Of a stretch of DNA of 64,000 nucleotides, positions 48,243 through 58,772 are shown piece after piece. Below the pieces are notes generated by a model. That model had not been told where the DNA came from and searched no databases. It was given only the letters and a program-made list of their open reading frames with translations. Location: contig JBGCFM010000001.1 of assembly GCA_045106895.1 (NCBI GenBank), positions 32,001 to 96,000 on the forward strand, read 5' to 3'. This DNA is from Polyangiales bacterium (GTDB lineage Bacteria; Myxococcota_A; Polyangia; Polyangiales; Houyiibacteriaceae). The number at the start of each line of letters is the position of its first letter. Position 1 is the first letter of the stretch. The position numbers and the translations under genes are program-made.

Positions 48243-48844
48243 GGCGTGAGCTCCAGGAATTTTCTCAGCAGAGTCTCGCCGCGGCGCTGGCTCTTCTCGG
48301 GATGAAACTGCACCGCGTAGAGGTTGCCCTCGGCGACGGCGGAACAGAACGCCTCGCCGTAGTCGGTTTCGGCAGCGACGACAGCAGAGTCGTCCGGCAC
48401 GCAATGAAAAGAGTGCACGAAATAATAGTACGCGCCGTCTTCCACGAAAGAATGCGAAGCTCGCGTCGTGTTCCAGCCCATGTGCGGCACCTTTCGGTCA
48501 GGCGAAGGCTCGAAGCGAATACACTTCCCTTTGAGGATTCCGAGGCCCTTTGCCTCAGGCGCCTCCTCGCTTGATTCGAAGAGGAGCTGCATCCCAAGAC
48601 AGATTCCGAGATACGGTGTGCCCGCGACGATTCGGTGACGAAGCGCCTCGCCGAGAGGACCGCTCACGGCGCGAGCGCCGTCTCCGAAGGCTCCCTGGCC
48701 AGGGACCAACAGGTACTCGGCTGCCTCGACCCCTGCGACGTCGTCCACGACTCGCGCTTTCGCACCGACTCGTTCGACGGCGCCGACGACGCTGTGCAGG
48801 TTGCCAAGGCCGAGGTTGACCACGCTGACAGTCTTCACGCTCAC
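48239..48844 (-). CDS. hisH: Imidazole glycerol phosphate synthase subunit HisH
   Basis: GNLHSV, PGQGAF, GICLGMQ, VPHMGWN, YFVHSF, QFHPEKS. Confidence 0.96.
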   Translation of the reverse strand: MSVKTVSVVNLGLGNLHSVVGAVERVGAKARVVDDVAGVEAAEYLLVPGQGAFGDGARAVSGPLGEALRHRIVAGTPYLGICLGMQLLFESSEEAPEAKGLGILKGKCIRFEPSPDRKVPHMGWNTTRASHSFVEDGAYYYFVHSFHCVPDDSAVVAAETDYGEAFCSAVAEGNLYAVQFHPEKSQRRGETLLRKFLELTP

Positions 48845-49437
48845 TCCGTCAGTGTGCCTTTAGTGGACGGCACCGTGTCTGGTGCGCGTGGATCGATCTC
48901 CGTCGCAATGCGAAGCGCTTTTGCAAAAGCCTTGAACGTGATCTCGACGATGTGATGCAGGTTCTCTCCCTCTTCGAGGACGAGGTGAAGGTTACATTCA
49001 GCGCCTCGGGCGAAGCCCTCGAAGAAGACCTCCGCGAGCTCTGTGTCGAACTGGCCGATCTTTGTTTTGGGCATTGGAACGCGCCAAACAAAGAAGGTTC
49101 GCCCGGACAGGTCCAAGGTGCACGTCACGCGCGCTTCGTCCATCGGCAAGGTCGCCCAGCCATAGCGCCGAATGCCGACGCGCTGACCGAGGGCCTTCGC
49201 GAAGGTTCGGCCCAGCGTAATCCCAAGGTCCTCGGTGGTGTGGTGACCATCGATTTCCGTGTCGCCCTTCGCGTCGACTTTGAGGTCGAAGAGGCCGTGG
49301 CGGGAGAGTTGCTCCACCATGTGCGTCAAAAACGGAAGAGGTGTCTTGATTTCGTGCCGGCCGCGTCCATCCAAATCGAGTTCGATTCGAATATCCGTTT
49401 CGCTGGTCGTTCTAGTGAGCTCCGCTTTGCGCGACAT
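48841..49437 (-). CDS. hisB: Imidazoleglycerol-phosphate dehydratase
   Basis: RTTSETDI, DGHHTTED, PMDEA, NLHHIVE..FKA, PSTKG. Confidence 0.97.
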   Translation of the reverse strand: MSRKAELTRTTSETDIRIELDLDGRGRHEIKTPLPFLTHMVEQLSRHGLFDLKVDAKGDTEIDGHHTTEDLGITLGRTFAKALGQRVGIRRYGWATLPMDEARVTCTLDLSGRTFFVWRVPMPKTKIGQFDTELAEVFFEGFARGAECNLHLVLEEGENLHHIVEITFKAFAKALRIATEIDPRAPDTVPSTKGTLTE

Positions 49438-49453
49438 GAGCGGACGATAGCAC

Positions 49454-49903
49454 TCAGGCTTCGAGCTGGCTTTTTAGCTGCAAGAGTTCTGGATGGTCGG
49501 GTTGGTGCTGCAGCGCCAGCTGAAGGTGTAGCTTGGCTTGCCCCTTCTTGCCCGCTTCGAGGGCCTCTTGGGCTTTGAGAAAGAACGGCCGAGCCCGCTT
49601 GTTGACGGGCTGTACGCGCTGGCGTTTCTGCACAAGGGACTCGTCTGGGCGAAGCCGAAGACTTCCCCGGGCCAGGGCCGTGTCGTACTCGGCGCGCTGT
49701 TTGGGATCCCTCAGCACACGATACGCTTCGGTCCCGCGGCGGAAGATCTTGGTGGCTCGCTGGACTTTCGCCGGCGTCGAATGATTGTCCGGGTGAAACT
49801 TCAGAGCGAACGTATGGAAGGCCACACGGATGTCATCGGCGCTGGCCTTCATGCCAACGCCAAGAAGCGTGTAGTAGTCCAAAAGGTCGAGGCGGTCGGC
49901 CAC
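49454..49903 (-). CDS. J-domain protein with C-terminal TPR-like helix
   Basis: DYYTLLGV, KFHPD, AYRVLRDP..RAEYD. Confidence 0.88.
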   Translation of the reverse strand: MADRLDLLDYYTLLGVGMKASADDIRVAFHTFALKFHPDNHSTPAKVQRATKIFRRGTEAYRVLRDPKQRAEYDTALARGSLRLRPDESLVQKRQRVQPVNKRARPFFLKAQEALEAGKKGQAKLHLQLALQHQPDHPELLQLKSQLEA

Positions 49904-49945
49904 CTGGGAACAATACCACCGATTGGGTGAGATTGGAGCGAGGGA

Positions 49946-52015
49946 TCAGGACTCGCGGTAGGCCGCCTCGAGGCGGTCCCCCATTCGCTCCGTTTCCCCT
50001 TCGTCGATGCCGCCGACGAGCTGAATGCTCGCCTGTTGCTCCTCGCCGGTGGTCTCGTCGACGGCGCGAACGGCCAGAGTGCCATTCGCGTCGAGAAGAA
50101 AGCTCACTTCGATGGGACGCGGGCGCGCTGTGACGCCACTAAGCGTCAGCGTAACTTCGCCGAGGAGCTGGTTTTCCTCCAGTCGCCGCGATTCGCCCTG
50201 GCAGATTCGCAGCACGACTTCTTGCTGGTCGCCACGTCCCGTCGCAAAGGCCCGGCCTTGCTCCGTCGGAATCGCGGCATTTCGCGCGATGACCGTTTCG
50301 CAGTAGCCGCCAACGGTCTCAACGCCGAGGGAGAGTGGCGTGACGTCCACCAGAAGGGGCGGCCGGACATCCTCTACGTGACCGAAGAGCTCTGGGAGAG
50401 GCTCCGCGTCGGGCTCCTCCATGAGCGAAAGATCGTCGTCGAAATCGAGGCTGGCGCTGTCAAACTCCGGCTCGCCGCCTTCGAAGGAGAACTCGGAGGG
50501 GTCGAGCAACGGTGCATCGATGACGACGGGGGCCTGGACCAACACCGGGGGGAGCCCAGGGTTCTGCTCACTCGGCACGGGCATACGAAGCTCCGCCGGC
50601 GCGGGCGGCACAGCTGGCGGCGCAGCCGCGGCGGACGCGCCTGGAGGACGCACCGTTGCACCTGGAGGCGCGTGCGTAGGTCTGGGTGGGCTCTCCGTCG
50701 CCGACGCGGCAGTGGCGAAGTCGAAATCGTTGTCGCTGCCGCCGAGGGTGAGGCCGGTGATATCGACATGTTTCGCGCCGGAGACTTCTTTGGCAGCCAA
50801 CAGAGATGGCTTCGCGGCGCGACGCAAAGCGACTCGACCGATGCGGCCCTTGGCCCTGGATGTCGCGAGACTGCGCGCCTGAATCGCAGCGCCTTGAGCG
50901 ACGACGAGGTCCGGGTCGATGTTCGCGAGTGGTTCTCGGCCGAAGTACTCCGCGACCATGCGCCGAACGAGGGGCATTCGGGTGGAGCCCCCGACGAGGA
51001 TGACGCGGTCGATCTGAGAAGGCCTGACGCCGGCGATACGAAGCGCCTCTTCGCACACGTCGAAGGCCCGAGCGAGCAAAGGCATCGCCATCGCCTCCAG
51101 GGCCTTCGCGCTGAGTTTGTAGCCGAGGTTGAGCGGTACGCCTCCGACGCCGTAGGCGAGTTCATCCACATGGACGACGACCTCTTGTTGGACGCTTAGC
51201 TGGCACTTCGCCCACTCCGCAGCGGCGCGGAGACGCTCGTAAGATGCGCCGTCACTTCGCATGTCGACGCGATGCTCGACGAGGAAGGCCTCCGCCATCT
51301 GCTCGGCGATGAGGTTGTCGATGTCGTCTCCACCGAGGTACGTGTCACCAGCGGTCGCTTGAACTTCGAAGATCTCACCAGCGAGCTCCAACACGGTGAC
51401 GTCGAAGGTGCCGCCGCCGAGATCGAAGACCGCGACGCGTTCACGGACGCCGTGCCCGTAGCCGTACGCCAGCGCTGCCGCCGTGGGCTCGTTGAGGATT
51501 CGAATGACCTCGAGGCCAGCGACGCGCCCTGCAGCCTTTGTTGCAGAGCGCTGAAGCTCGTTGAAATTGGCGGGGACGGTGACGACTGCGCGCGTGCAGC
51601 GCTGACCCAGCGCCTTTTCCGCGACGGCGCGTACTTCACGAAGAACGAAGGCGCTGATCTCCGAGAGCGTGTACGTCTCTTTGCGCGCTTTGACGAGGAC
51701 GCCGCCAGAAGGGCTCGGAACGAACTCAAACGCGAAGCGACTCTGCGCTCTGCGGACCTCGTCAGACTCGAAGGGCCGGCCGATGAGGCGCTTGACGGAG
51801 TATACGGTGTTCGCCGCGTCGAGGAGCCGACGTTCGCGGGCGGTGGCACCGACGAGAACAGTGCCATCCGGGTGAAAGGTAACCGTCGACGAGATCAGCG
51901 TATCGCCATCTTGTGTCTTCAGTACCCGCACAGACTCATCATCGGCGACGGCGACAACCGAGTTGGTTGTGCCGAGGTCGATGCCAAGAACTAACTCGTC
52001 GCTGGACCCCCCCAT
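49946..52015 (-). CDS. Atypical Hsp70 (DnaK family)
   Basis: GIDLGTTNS, TVPANF, NEPTAAALAYG, DLGGGTFD, LGGDDID, VGGSTRMP, DVTPLSLGVET. Confidence 0.92.
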   Translation of the reverse strand: MGGSSDELVLGIDLGTTNSVVAVADDESVRVLKTQDGDTLISSTVTFHPDGTVLVGATARERRLLDAANTVYSVKRLIGRPFESDEVRRAQSRFAFEFVPSPSGGVLVKARKETYTLSEISAFVLREVRAVAEKALGQRCTRAVVTVPANFNELQRSATKAAGRVAGLEVIRILNEPTAAALAYGYGHGVRERVAVFDLGGGTFDVTVLELAGEIFEVQATAGDTYLGGDDIDNLIAEQMAEAFLVEHRVDMRSDGASYERLRAAAEWAKCQLSVQQEVVVHVDELAYGVGGVPLNLGYKLSAKALEAMAMPLLARAFDVCEEALRIAGVRPSQIDRVILVGGSTRMPLVRRMVAEYFGREPLANIDPDLVVAQGAAIQARSLATSRAKGRIGRVALRRAAKPSLLAAKEVSGAKHVDITGLTLGGSDNDFDFATAASATESPPRPTHAPPGATVRPPGASAAAAPPAVPPAPAELRMPVPSEQNPGLPPVLVQAPVVIDAPLLDPSEFSFEGGEPEFDSASLDFDDDLSLMEEPDAEPLPELFGHVEDVRPPLLVDVTPLSLGVETVGGYCETVIARNAAIPTEQGRAFATGRGDQQEVVLRICQGESRRLEENQLLGEVTLTLSGVTARPRPIEVSFLLDANGTLAVRAVDETTGEEQQASIQLVGGIDEGETERMGDRLEAAYRES

Positions 52016-52021
52016 GCGCGC

Positions 52022-54715
52022 TTACTCTTCCGAGTCCGCCCGAGGAGTGCCTGGGGAATCCGGCGCGTCGGTCGTCGACGCCTCCGTGCTCTCCGCGCCG
52101 TCCGAGGCGGCTTCCGCGCCCTCGGCCTCTCCGTCGACCTCAACCTCTTCCTCCTCGCGAGGAACCGGCTCGATGTCGACGACCTTTTCACCCTTCGACA
52201 GACGAATGATGATGACGCCCTGAGTGTTGCGTCCCGTCTCACGAATCTCTGAGATACGTGTTCGAATGACCTGCCCGCCATCCGTGATGACCATCAAGCC
52301 ATCCTCAGGGTCGACGAGGCGCAGTCGAACGAGCTCGCCGTTACGTTCTGACGTCTGAATGGCGACGATGCCCATACCGCCACGCTTTTGAATCTTGAAC
52401 GACTTATCGCTCGTCATCTCGCCTTCGCTGTTGAGCGTGAGGAGCGGGGTTCGTTTGCCGTAGCCGTTGGCGCTAATGGACAGCACCTGCTGGCGCGTCT
52501 CATCTTCGACGATGTCCATGCCAACAACGCGGTCTCCCTTGCGCAGCGCGACACCCTTCACGCCCATGCTGCCTCGGCCCATGGCGCGGGCATCGGTGAC
52601 GGCGAAACGAATGCTCATGCCTTGAGCCGTGCCCAAGATAACGGTCTGGTCGTCCGTCGCGATTCGCGCCGTGAGCAGCTCGTCATCCTCGGCGATGCCG
52701 ACGCCGATGATACCCGTCTGTCGGATCTTCTCGTAGGCGCTGAGCACGCTTCGTTTGATGCGGCCGCCAACGGTGCAGGTGATGACCGAGGCTTCGTCCG
52801 TGAACTCGCGAATCGGAACGATGGCCGCGACGCGGTCTCCGTCGCCGAGACCCACGAAGTTGATCAGCGCGCGCCCTGCGGAGCTTCGTCCCTTCTCCGG
52901 AATCTCATAGACCCGTTTCAGGAACGCCTGGCCCTTCGCGGTAAGGAAGAGCAAGTGGGCATGGGCATTCACCGCAAACACCCACTGGGCAAAGTCCTCA
53001 TCGCCCGTGTTCATCCCGCGCGTGCCTTTGCCTCCACGGGATTGAGCGCGGTACTCCGTAAGAGGAACGCGCTTGATGTAGCCCTTACGGCTCACGGTCA
53101 CGACGACCTCCTCGTCCGCGACGAGGTCCTCCATCGAGATATCACCGAGGGCGTCCACAATCTCCGTGCGGCGCTGGTCGCCGTACTTCTCGCGGATCTC
53201 TTCGAGCTCTTCCCGAATGACCTCCATGAGTCGCTCGTCGTTGCCGAGGATGAAGCGTAGTTCGGCGATGAGATCGGAGAGCTTGCCGAACTCAGCCGCC
53301 AACTTCTCTCGCTCAAGACCCGTGAGACGCGACAGGCGCATCTCGAGGATGGCCTTCGCCTGTCGCTCCGTGAGCCGGTAATCGCCCTTCGCCGCGGCGA
53401 GTTCGATCTCGGACTCCGGACGGCCTGCACGGCGCACGAACTCTTCAAGGCCCTTGATGCGAAGCTGCATCAAGCGATTACGCGCCTCTTCCGGGTCCTT
53501 CGAATCGCGGATGGTCTGAACGACAAGGTCGACCTCCGTGACCGCCATGCCGAGACCTTCGACAAGCTCGAGCTGAGCCAACGCCTGACGCAGGTCGTAG
53601 CGCGTACGGCGCGTGACGACTTCGCGTCGATGCTCAATGAAGTGGACGAGGGCGTCCTTGAGGTTGAGCAGCTTCGGCCGCTGACCGACGATGGCGAGAC
53701 AGTTCACGCCGAAGGTCGATTGAAGCGCCGTCATTCGGTAGAGCGTGTTGAGCACGATCTCGCCGTGCGCGTCGCGCTTGAGCTCGATGACCATGCGCAT
53801 GCCGTCGCGGTCGGACTCGTCGCGCAAATGGCTGATGCCTTCGATGCGCTTGTCGCGAACGAGGTCGGCAATCTTCTTGAGCAGATCCGCCTTGTTCACC
53901 TGGTACGGAAGCTCCGTGACGATGATGTGCTCGCGGCCCTTGCCCGTCGGCATCTCTTCGACCTTGGCGCGGGCGCGCATAACGACGCGACCTCGTCCCG
54001 TTCGAAGTGCCTGAACGACGCCGGCTCGACCGTAGATGAAGCCGGCGGTCGGGAAGTCCGGGCCCTTCACGCCAAGTCGGTCGCCATCGTCCTTCATCAG
54101 GTCGTCGACGGTCAGTTCGGAGTTTTCGATGAGGCGAAGTGTCGCATCGACGACCTCGCGAAGATTGTGCGGCGCTACGTTCGTCGCCATACCGACGGCG
54201 ATACCGCCGGAGCCGTTGACGAGAAGGTTGGGATAACGCGCTGGAAGAACGAGAGGCTCTCGCTCGGAGTCATCAAAGTTGGGACCGAAGTCGACGGTCT
54301 CCTTTTCGATGTCCGCCATCAGCTCGGAGGCGAGCTTCGACATTCGAACTTCCGTGTAACGCATGGCAGCCGCGGGGTCGCCGTCAACGCTGCCGAAGTT
54401 CCCCTGACCGTCGATGAGCGGGGCGCGCATCGAGAAGTCCTGCGCCATGCGCACGAGGGCGTCATAGACGGCGCTGTCGCCGTGGGGGTGATACTTGCCC
54501 AAGACGTCGCCGACGATGCGGGCGGACTTCTTGTAGGAGCCCGAGGCCGTCACCTTCTGGTCATGCATCGAGTACAGGATTCGACGGTGGACGGGTTTGA
54601 GGCCGTCACGGGCGTCGGGGATGGCGCGCCCGATGATGACGCTCATCGCATAGTCGAGGTACGACTTGCGCATCTCGTCTTCGATGGTCACGGGCAACGT
54701 ATTTGGTTCAGCCAT
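52022..54715 (-). CDS. gyrA: DNA gyrase subunit A
   Basis: [26 protein letters not shown], GyrA-box QSRGGKG, acidic tail. Confidence 0.97.
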   Translation of the reverse strand: MAEPNTLPVTIEDEMRKSYLDYAMSVIIGRAIPDARDGLKPVHRRILYSMHDQKVTASGSYKKSARIVGDVLGKYHPHGDSAVYDALVRMAQDFSMRAPLIDGQGNFGSVDGDPAAAMRYTEVRMSKLASELMADIEKETVDFGPNFDDSEREPLVLPARYPNLLVNGSGGIAVGMATNVAPHNLREVVDATLRLIENSELTVDDLMKDDGDRLGVKGPDFPTAGFIYGRAGVVQALRTGRGRVVMRARAKVEEMPTGKGREHIIVTELPYQVNKADLLKKIADLVRDKRIEGISHLRDESDRDGMRMVIELKRDAHGEIVLNTLYRMTALQSTFGVNCLAIVGQRPKLLNLKDALVHFIEHRREVVTRRTRYDLRQALAQLELVEGLGMAVTEVDLVVQTIRDSKDPEEARNRLMQLRIKGLEEFVRRAGRPESEIELAAAKGDYRLTERQAKAILEMRLSRLTGLEREKLAAEFGKLSDLIAELRFILGNDERLMEVIREELEEIREKYGDQRRTEIVDALGDISMEDLVADEEVVVTVSRKGYIKRVPLTEYRAQSRGGKGTRGMNTGDEDFAQWVFAVNAHAHLLFLTAKGQAFLKRVYEIPEKGRSSAGRALINFVGLGDGDRVAAIVPIREFTDEASVITCTVGGRIKRSVLSAYEKIRQTGIIGVGIAEDDELLTARIATDDQTVILGTAQGMSIRFAVTDARAMGRGSMGVKGVALRKGDRVVGMDIVEDETRQQVLSISANGYGKRTPLLTLNSEGEMTSDKSFKIQKRGGMGIVAIQTSERNGELVRLRLVDPEDGLMVITDGGQVIRTRISEIRETGRNTQGVIIIRLSKGEKVVDIEPVPREEEEVEVDGEAEGAEAASDGAESTEASTTDAPDSPGTPRADSEE

Positions 54716-54966
54716 AAGGCGGGGACATTACCACTCCGCGCACGCGCGCGCACCCGCGCGCTTAAGTAAAGTACGGGTGATTTCAGAGGGCTCCAACGCG
54801 GCACCGCTCCAGCCTTCCAAGGCGCGCCAATGTGACACAATTGCCACCATCGTTGTCACCTAGCTTTGCCCAATTTACGGTATTTGGACGGATTTCGTCG
54901 GCCCGCGTCTTGCAGCTTGGTCCTCTGGGCACCGAATCCATCAGAAGCCCCGCTAGAGCCATCAAC

Positions 54967-55326
54967 ATGCAGCACCCTACCCTCACACCGATTTCGTTCC
55001 TTGCGGCGATCGTTATCGCCCTCGTGGCCGTCCTTCCTGGGTGCACTGCAGGCTCTTCCCCGACCCTTCCTATCCCGCCGCCCTTGGCCGTCTCTTCATC
55101 GCCAGACGCAGATGGCATCATCACCATCCGCGGCGAAGGAGCTCTCGCGGGCGCCCTTATCGCGGCTTACAACGAGGAAATCGGCGCCGGCGTCATCGGT
55201 CAAGCCGAAGCCGACGGGAGCTTTGAGCTTCAGCTCATGGGCTCGCCCGGCGACAGCGTCACCGTCTGGCAACGTGTTGGCACCGAAACCAGCGGCTTGT
55301 TGAGCGTCATCGTTCCGGAGCCGTAG
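54967..55326 (+). CDS. Small lipoprotein with Ig-like beta domain
   Basis: Lipobox LPGC; AEADGSFELQLMGSPGD. Confidence 0.65.
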   Translation: MQHPTLTPISFLAAIVIALVAVLPGCTAGSSPTLPIPPPLAVSSSPDADGIITIRGEGALAGALIAAYNEEIGAGVIGQAEADGSFELQLMGSPGDSVTVWQRVGTETSGLLSVIVPEP

Positions 55327-55333
55327 CGCCGCG

Positions 55334-55921
55334 TCACGATTGGGTGTTGGGCACTCCACCGAGGAAGGTGTCCACGACGAGCTCGGGTAGGCGATGCCAG
55401 CCGGGGAACGCCCCTTCGCTTCGAAACTGCTCGATGTAGAGAACGCTGAGCTGCGCCAAGAACAGGCGTGTTTGCTCTCGCATGGGGCGGGAGGAATCCG
55501 CGCCCGCGAGGATAGACGCGACCTCGGCGGCAAAGCTGCGCATGCTCTCGTCGATGAGACGCTGAGTCTCGACGCGTCCTGAAACAAGCTCGCGTAGCAC
55601 CACGCGAAAAAAGGCCTCGTGAGCGCGGACCACTTCCACATCGGCTGTGACGAGCGCGACGAGCTGTGCGCGAACGCCGTCGGTCGCCGGACGGCCCCGG
55701 TAGAGCTTCAGTGTCTCGTCGCCGCCCGCGCGAAGCACCTCCGCGAGAAGCGCCGCCTTGGACGGGAAGTAGTTGTAGACGGTGCCTTTGGCGAAGCCTG
55801 CGCCGAGGGAAATCCGGTTGATGCTGGCGCCCTCAAAGCCCTCTCTCGCGAAATGCTCGGCGGCCGTTTGCAGAAGCGCGACGCGCACCCGCGCTTTGTC
55901 TGCCGTGGAGATCCGAGCCAT
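55334..55921 (-). CDS. TetR/AcrR family regulator
   Basis: GFEGASINRISLGAGFAKGTVYNYFPSKAAL. Confidence 0.92.
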   Translation of the reverse strand: MARISTADKARVRVALLQTAAEHFAREGFEGASINRISLGAGFAKGTVYNYFPSKAALLAEVLRAGGDETLKLYRGRPATDGVRAQLVALVTADVEVVRAHEAFFRVVLRELVSGRVETQRLIDESMRSFAAEVASILAGADSSRPMREQTRLFLAQLSVLYIEQFRSEGAFPGWHRLPELVVDTFLGGVPNTQS

Positions 55922-56745
55922 CAGGCGGTGACGAACGCGAGGAGTGCGGCGGCGAGTTCGTCCGGGATGTCTTCTTGAATAAAGTGCCCCGCGGGCAGAG
56001 CCCTAAGCGTCGAGTTTGGCCACGACGCATGAAGCCGCTGCATCGTCTTCGCTACGTCCGGGAGGATGCGATCCTTGTGGCCGTACACGAGGGCGCAGGG
56101 TTTGTCGTCGAGGTTCGACAGACCGGCTGCGATTCGCTTAAACCCGCTAAGACTTAGCTCCATGCCGCTTCGCCGGAGGAGCCGCTGTCGCTCGAGAGAG
56201 TGATACGGCGCGCTGTAAAGGCGCGCGACCTCGTCGGTGATCCGGGACTTGTTTTGCACCCCCAAACGAATGGCCGCGGCGACGCCTTTCGGGCGCGTGA
56301 GTAGGCGATGCGTCAGGGGAAATTTCAGCGCCGCCGCAAAGAGCGCCACCGCCCACGAGAAGTTTGGGTAGGCGAGCGTATTCAGAACGACGAGTTCGCG
56401 AATACGAGAAGGATTGTGCACGGCCCAGTGCAGTCCAATGGGACCCCCGAGATCGTGAACCATGAGACCGACCTCTTCGACGCCGAGGGCGTCGACGAGA
56501 TCCGTCAGAAAGCCGTCGAGAAAGCGAAACGAGTAGCGGCCCGGCGCGCCATCGCTCTTGCCGAAACCCGGCAGGTCGACGGCGACGACGTGGCGGTGGG
56601 GTGCCAAGACCGGCAGCAAGTGTCGGTAGAGTTCCGCGTTCGTCGGCCAGCCGTGGAGGCAGAGAAGCGTTGGAAGCGAGGGGTCCCCCTCTTGGAGAGT
56701 GTGAACGGAGAGGGAACCAACCTGAAGTTCAACGGATTCTCGCAT
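55921..56745 (-). CDS. Alpha/beta hydrolase (haloalkane dehalogenase/epoxide hydrolase-like)
   Basis: HGWP, DLPGFGKSD, HDLGG (Asp nucleophile), GHFIQED. Confidence 0.88.
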   Translation of the reverse strand: MRESVELQVGSLSVHTLQEGDPSLPTLLCLHGWPTNAELYRHLLPVLAPHRHVVAVDLPGFGKSDGAPGRYSFRFLDGFLTDLVDALGVEEVGLMVHDLGGPIGLHWAVHNPSRIRELVVLNTLAYPNFSWAVALFAAALKFPLTHRLLTRPKGVAAAIRLGVQNKSRITDEVARLYSAPYHSLERQRLLRRSGMELSLSGFKRIAAGLSNLDDKPCALVYGHKDRILPDVAKTMQRLHASWPNSTLRALPAGHFIQEDIPDELAAALLAFVTA

Positions 56746-56751
56746 GAACGC

Positions 56752-56779
56752 ATTATGGGCGATCGCCCACAATAGTCAA
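56752..56779 (-). promoter_or_regulatory. Sigma70 promoter overlapped by a palindromic operator (probably for the co-transcribed TetR)
   Basis: Minus strand TTGACT-N16-CATAAT; palindrome attatgggcgatcgcccacaat (56752-56773) with 14-bp perfect core. Confidence 0.7.
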
Positions 56780-56912
56780 AGACCACAAAAACGCTTCAAT
56801 TTCGTCACACGCACACGTGGCAGCAAATCATACACGTAAGATTTTTGACTACATGTGCGCGCCTTGCCTACATGGTGTTCATGGCGTCTCCAATGACGCT
56901 CGGAGGACGCGG

Positions 56913-57743
56913 ATGGACATGGCAATGCGAGATCTCGAACAGATTCAGGAACAGCGCGGATCGGACGAAAGCGGGCTCCGGCGTGTGGGCGTCTTTGTCA
57001 TGGCTGCGGGCACGACCCTGGCGCTCGTGTACGGCGTTGGCGCGTTGATGAGCGAGCGACCTGTGGGCCCGGGCGCCAGCGACCCCCTCGCCGCCCTCGG
57101 CGCGACGGCGCCCATCATGGACGCCGTGGATGCCGCTGAGGAAAACGAGCGCGAGCGTGTTCGTCCCGAGGACCTGAGCTTTCACGAGAATCTCATCGGT
57201 GACGAACGGCCCGAAGTTGAAGCCGCCATCCGCGCCGCCGGCGCCGAGCACGCAGCCCTTGGACACGTGACCCCGCCAGTCCCTCCAAGTCGCGGCACGC
57301 TCATGGGTGCCGAGACCTTCGCAGCACCCCCCGTCGCCCTCCCCGTCGCAGATGTCGCCACCGGCGCCGCGGCGACGCTCGTCGACACGGCACGCCATGA
57401 CCCCCTCGTCGCCGCCGCCGTCGTCGCCGTCGACCCACCCGCGGAAGATGCCGAGGAAGCGGAAGAAGGCCAGGACGGACAGTACACGCTCCAGGTCGCC
57501 AGCTTCCGCCTGGAGGATGAAGCGGATGTCTTCGCCCGCGCCCTTCGAGACCGAGGCCACAATAGCTTTGTCGTTCGTGCGGAGATCGAAGGCCGCGGCG
57601 TGTTTCACCGCGTCCGCGTCGGCCCCTTCGAGTCCCCCGGCGCCGCGAGCCGCTACCGCCGCACCTTCGAGCACGAAGAGCGCATGGACGCCTACGTCGT
57701 GCGCAACCGCGACTTCGGGCGTGAAGACGACTCCTCGACCTGA
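56913..57743 (+). CDS. SPOR domain membrane protein (FtsN/DedD-like)
   Basis: N-terminal TM; YTLQVASF..FHRVRVGPF; GGAGG SD. Confidence 0.88.
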   Translation: MDMAMRDLEQIQEQRGSDESGLRRVGVFVMAAGTTLALVYGVGALMSERPVGPGASDPLAALGATAPIMDAVDAAEENERERVRPEDLSFHENLIGDERPEVEAAIRAAGAEHAALGHVTPPVPPSRGTLMGAETFAAPPVALPVADVATGAAATLVDTARHDPLVAAAVVAVDPPAEDAEEAEEGQDGQYTLQVASFRLEDEADVFARALRDRGHNSFVVRAEIEGRGVFHRVRVGPFESPGAASRYRRTFEHEERMDAYVVRNRDFGREDDSST

Positions 57744-57755
57744 GCTCTTTTCTTT

Positions 57756-58751
57756 GTGACTTACACGGCTGAAGAGCGCGTTTTCCTGCGCGCGATGCTC
57801 GCCCTTCCCGCCGCGGATGAACCGCGTCTTCGATACGCCGCCTGGCTCGCTGAACGCGGCGAGACACTCCGAGCTAGCGTCCTTCGAGAAACGCGCGCGC
57901 AGCGAGTGAGCCCGCACCTCGACAGCCTCCTCGCCGAGTTGACGCAGGAGCACTTCGGCTGGAGTCGACTCGTTGGAGCCCAGCTTGTGTCCCGAGCGCA
58001 GGCGCTCGACGTCGCGGACCTCGCCCGAAGTTGGCTGGCATTGGCCAAGCCAGCACTCGAACTGACCACAACAGCGCCTTGCGACTCGGTCGTCGGAGCG
58101 TCTCGCTTGTGGGGAGACCCTGACCTCCCACCGAATGCACCATGGCCCACGCTCGCGGATTGTCGGCAATGGGAACCCGAGATCGAACTTCCTCTTGAAA
58201 GCCCATGCCGATTCGTCGGGCAAATCAACTTCGAGGAGCTATCGACACTTGAAGCCGCCCACGCGCTACCACGTTCAGGTCTTCTATCCGTGTTCGCCCA
58301 CTCGGAATGGGAGGCAACCGGCAGCTCGAGCGTCTGTCTTCGCTACTACATGGACACGACACACCTGGAGCGCACGACTCACGTCGCGACCGACGAGGAC
58401 AACTGCAGGCTCGAAGCTCGCGGGCTCGCTTTCTTGGAAGCGCTCACCATCCCGGAGTGCTCGGGCCCCTTCGCCGATCGAATGGGCGTAGCTTCCGACG
58501 ACTGGGATGCGCTGGACAAACACCATGAGGTCCGCTCCGCGACGGGCGGCGACCTTCATGGAATGCTGGGTCACCACCAAGCGACGTCGGGAGGCGACCC
58601 AACGCCCGGCGTGGACTGGGAGCGACTTATCACGCTGCCCATCGACCAGGGCCCAGGCGTGACCCATCACTTGTCCATGAGGGAAGACTCACTCCGGACC
58701 TGGAGGCTCGAAGAGCACAAACTCGTGTGGGTTGACTTCGATGGCCCCTAG
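57756..58751 (+). CDS. TIGR02996-like domain + DUF1963 (YwqG-like) protein
   Basis: FLRAMLALPAADEPRLRYAAWLAERGE; SRLWGDPDLPP..WP, FVGQINF, LPRSGLLSVF. Confidence 0.75.
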   Translation: MTYTAEERVFLRAMLALPAADEPRLRYAAWLAERGETLRASVLRETRAQRVSPHLDSLLAELTQEHFGWSRLVGAQLVSRAQALDVADLARSWLALAKPALELTTTAPCDSVVGASRLWGDPDLPPNAPWPTLADCRQWEPEIELPLESPCRFVGQINFEELSTLEAAHALPRSGLLSVFAHSEWEATGSSSVCLRYYMDTTHLERTTHVATDEDNCRLEARGLAFLEALTIPECSGPFADRMGVASDDWDALDKHHEVRSATGGDLHGMLGHHQATSGGDPTPGVDWERLITLPIDQGPGVTHHLSMREDSLRTWRLEEHKLVWVDFDGP

Positions 58752-58772
58752 GCGCGGAACTCTAAAACGAGT

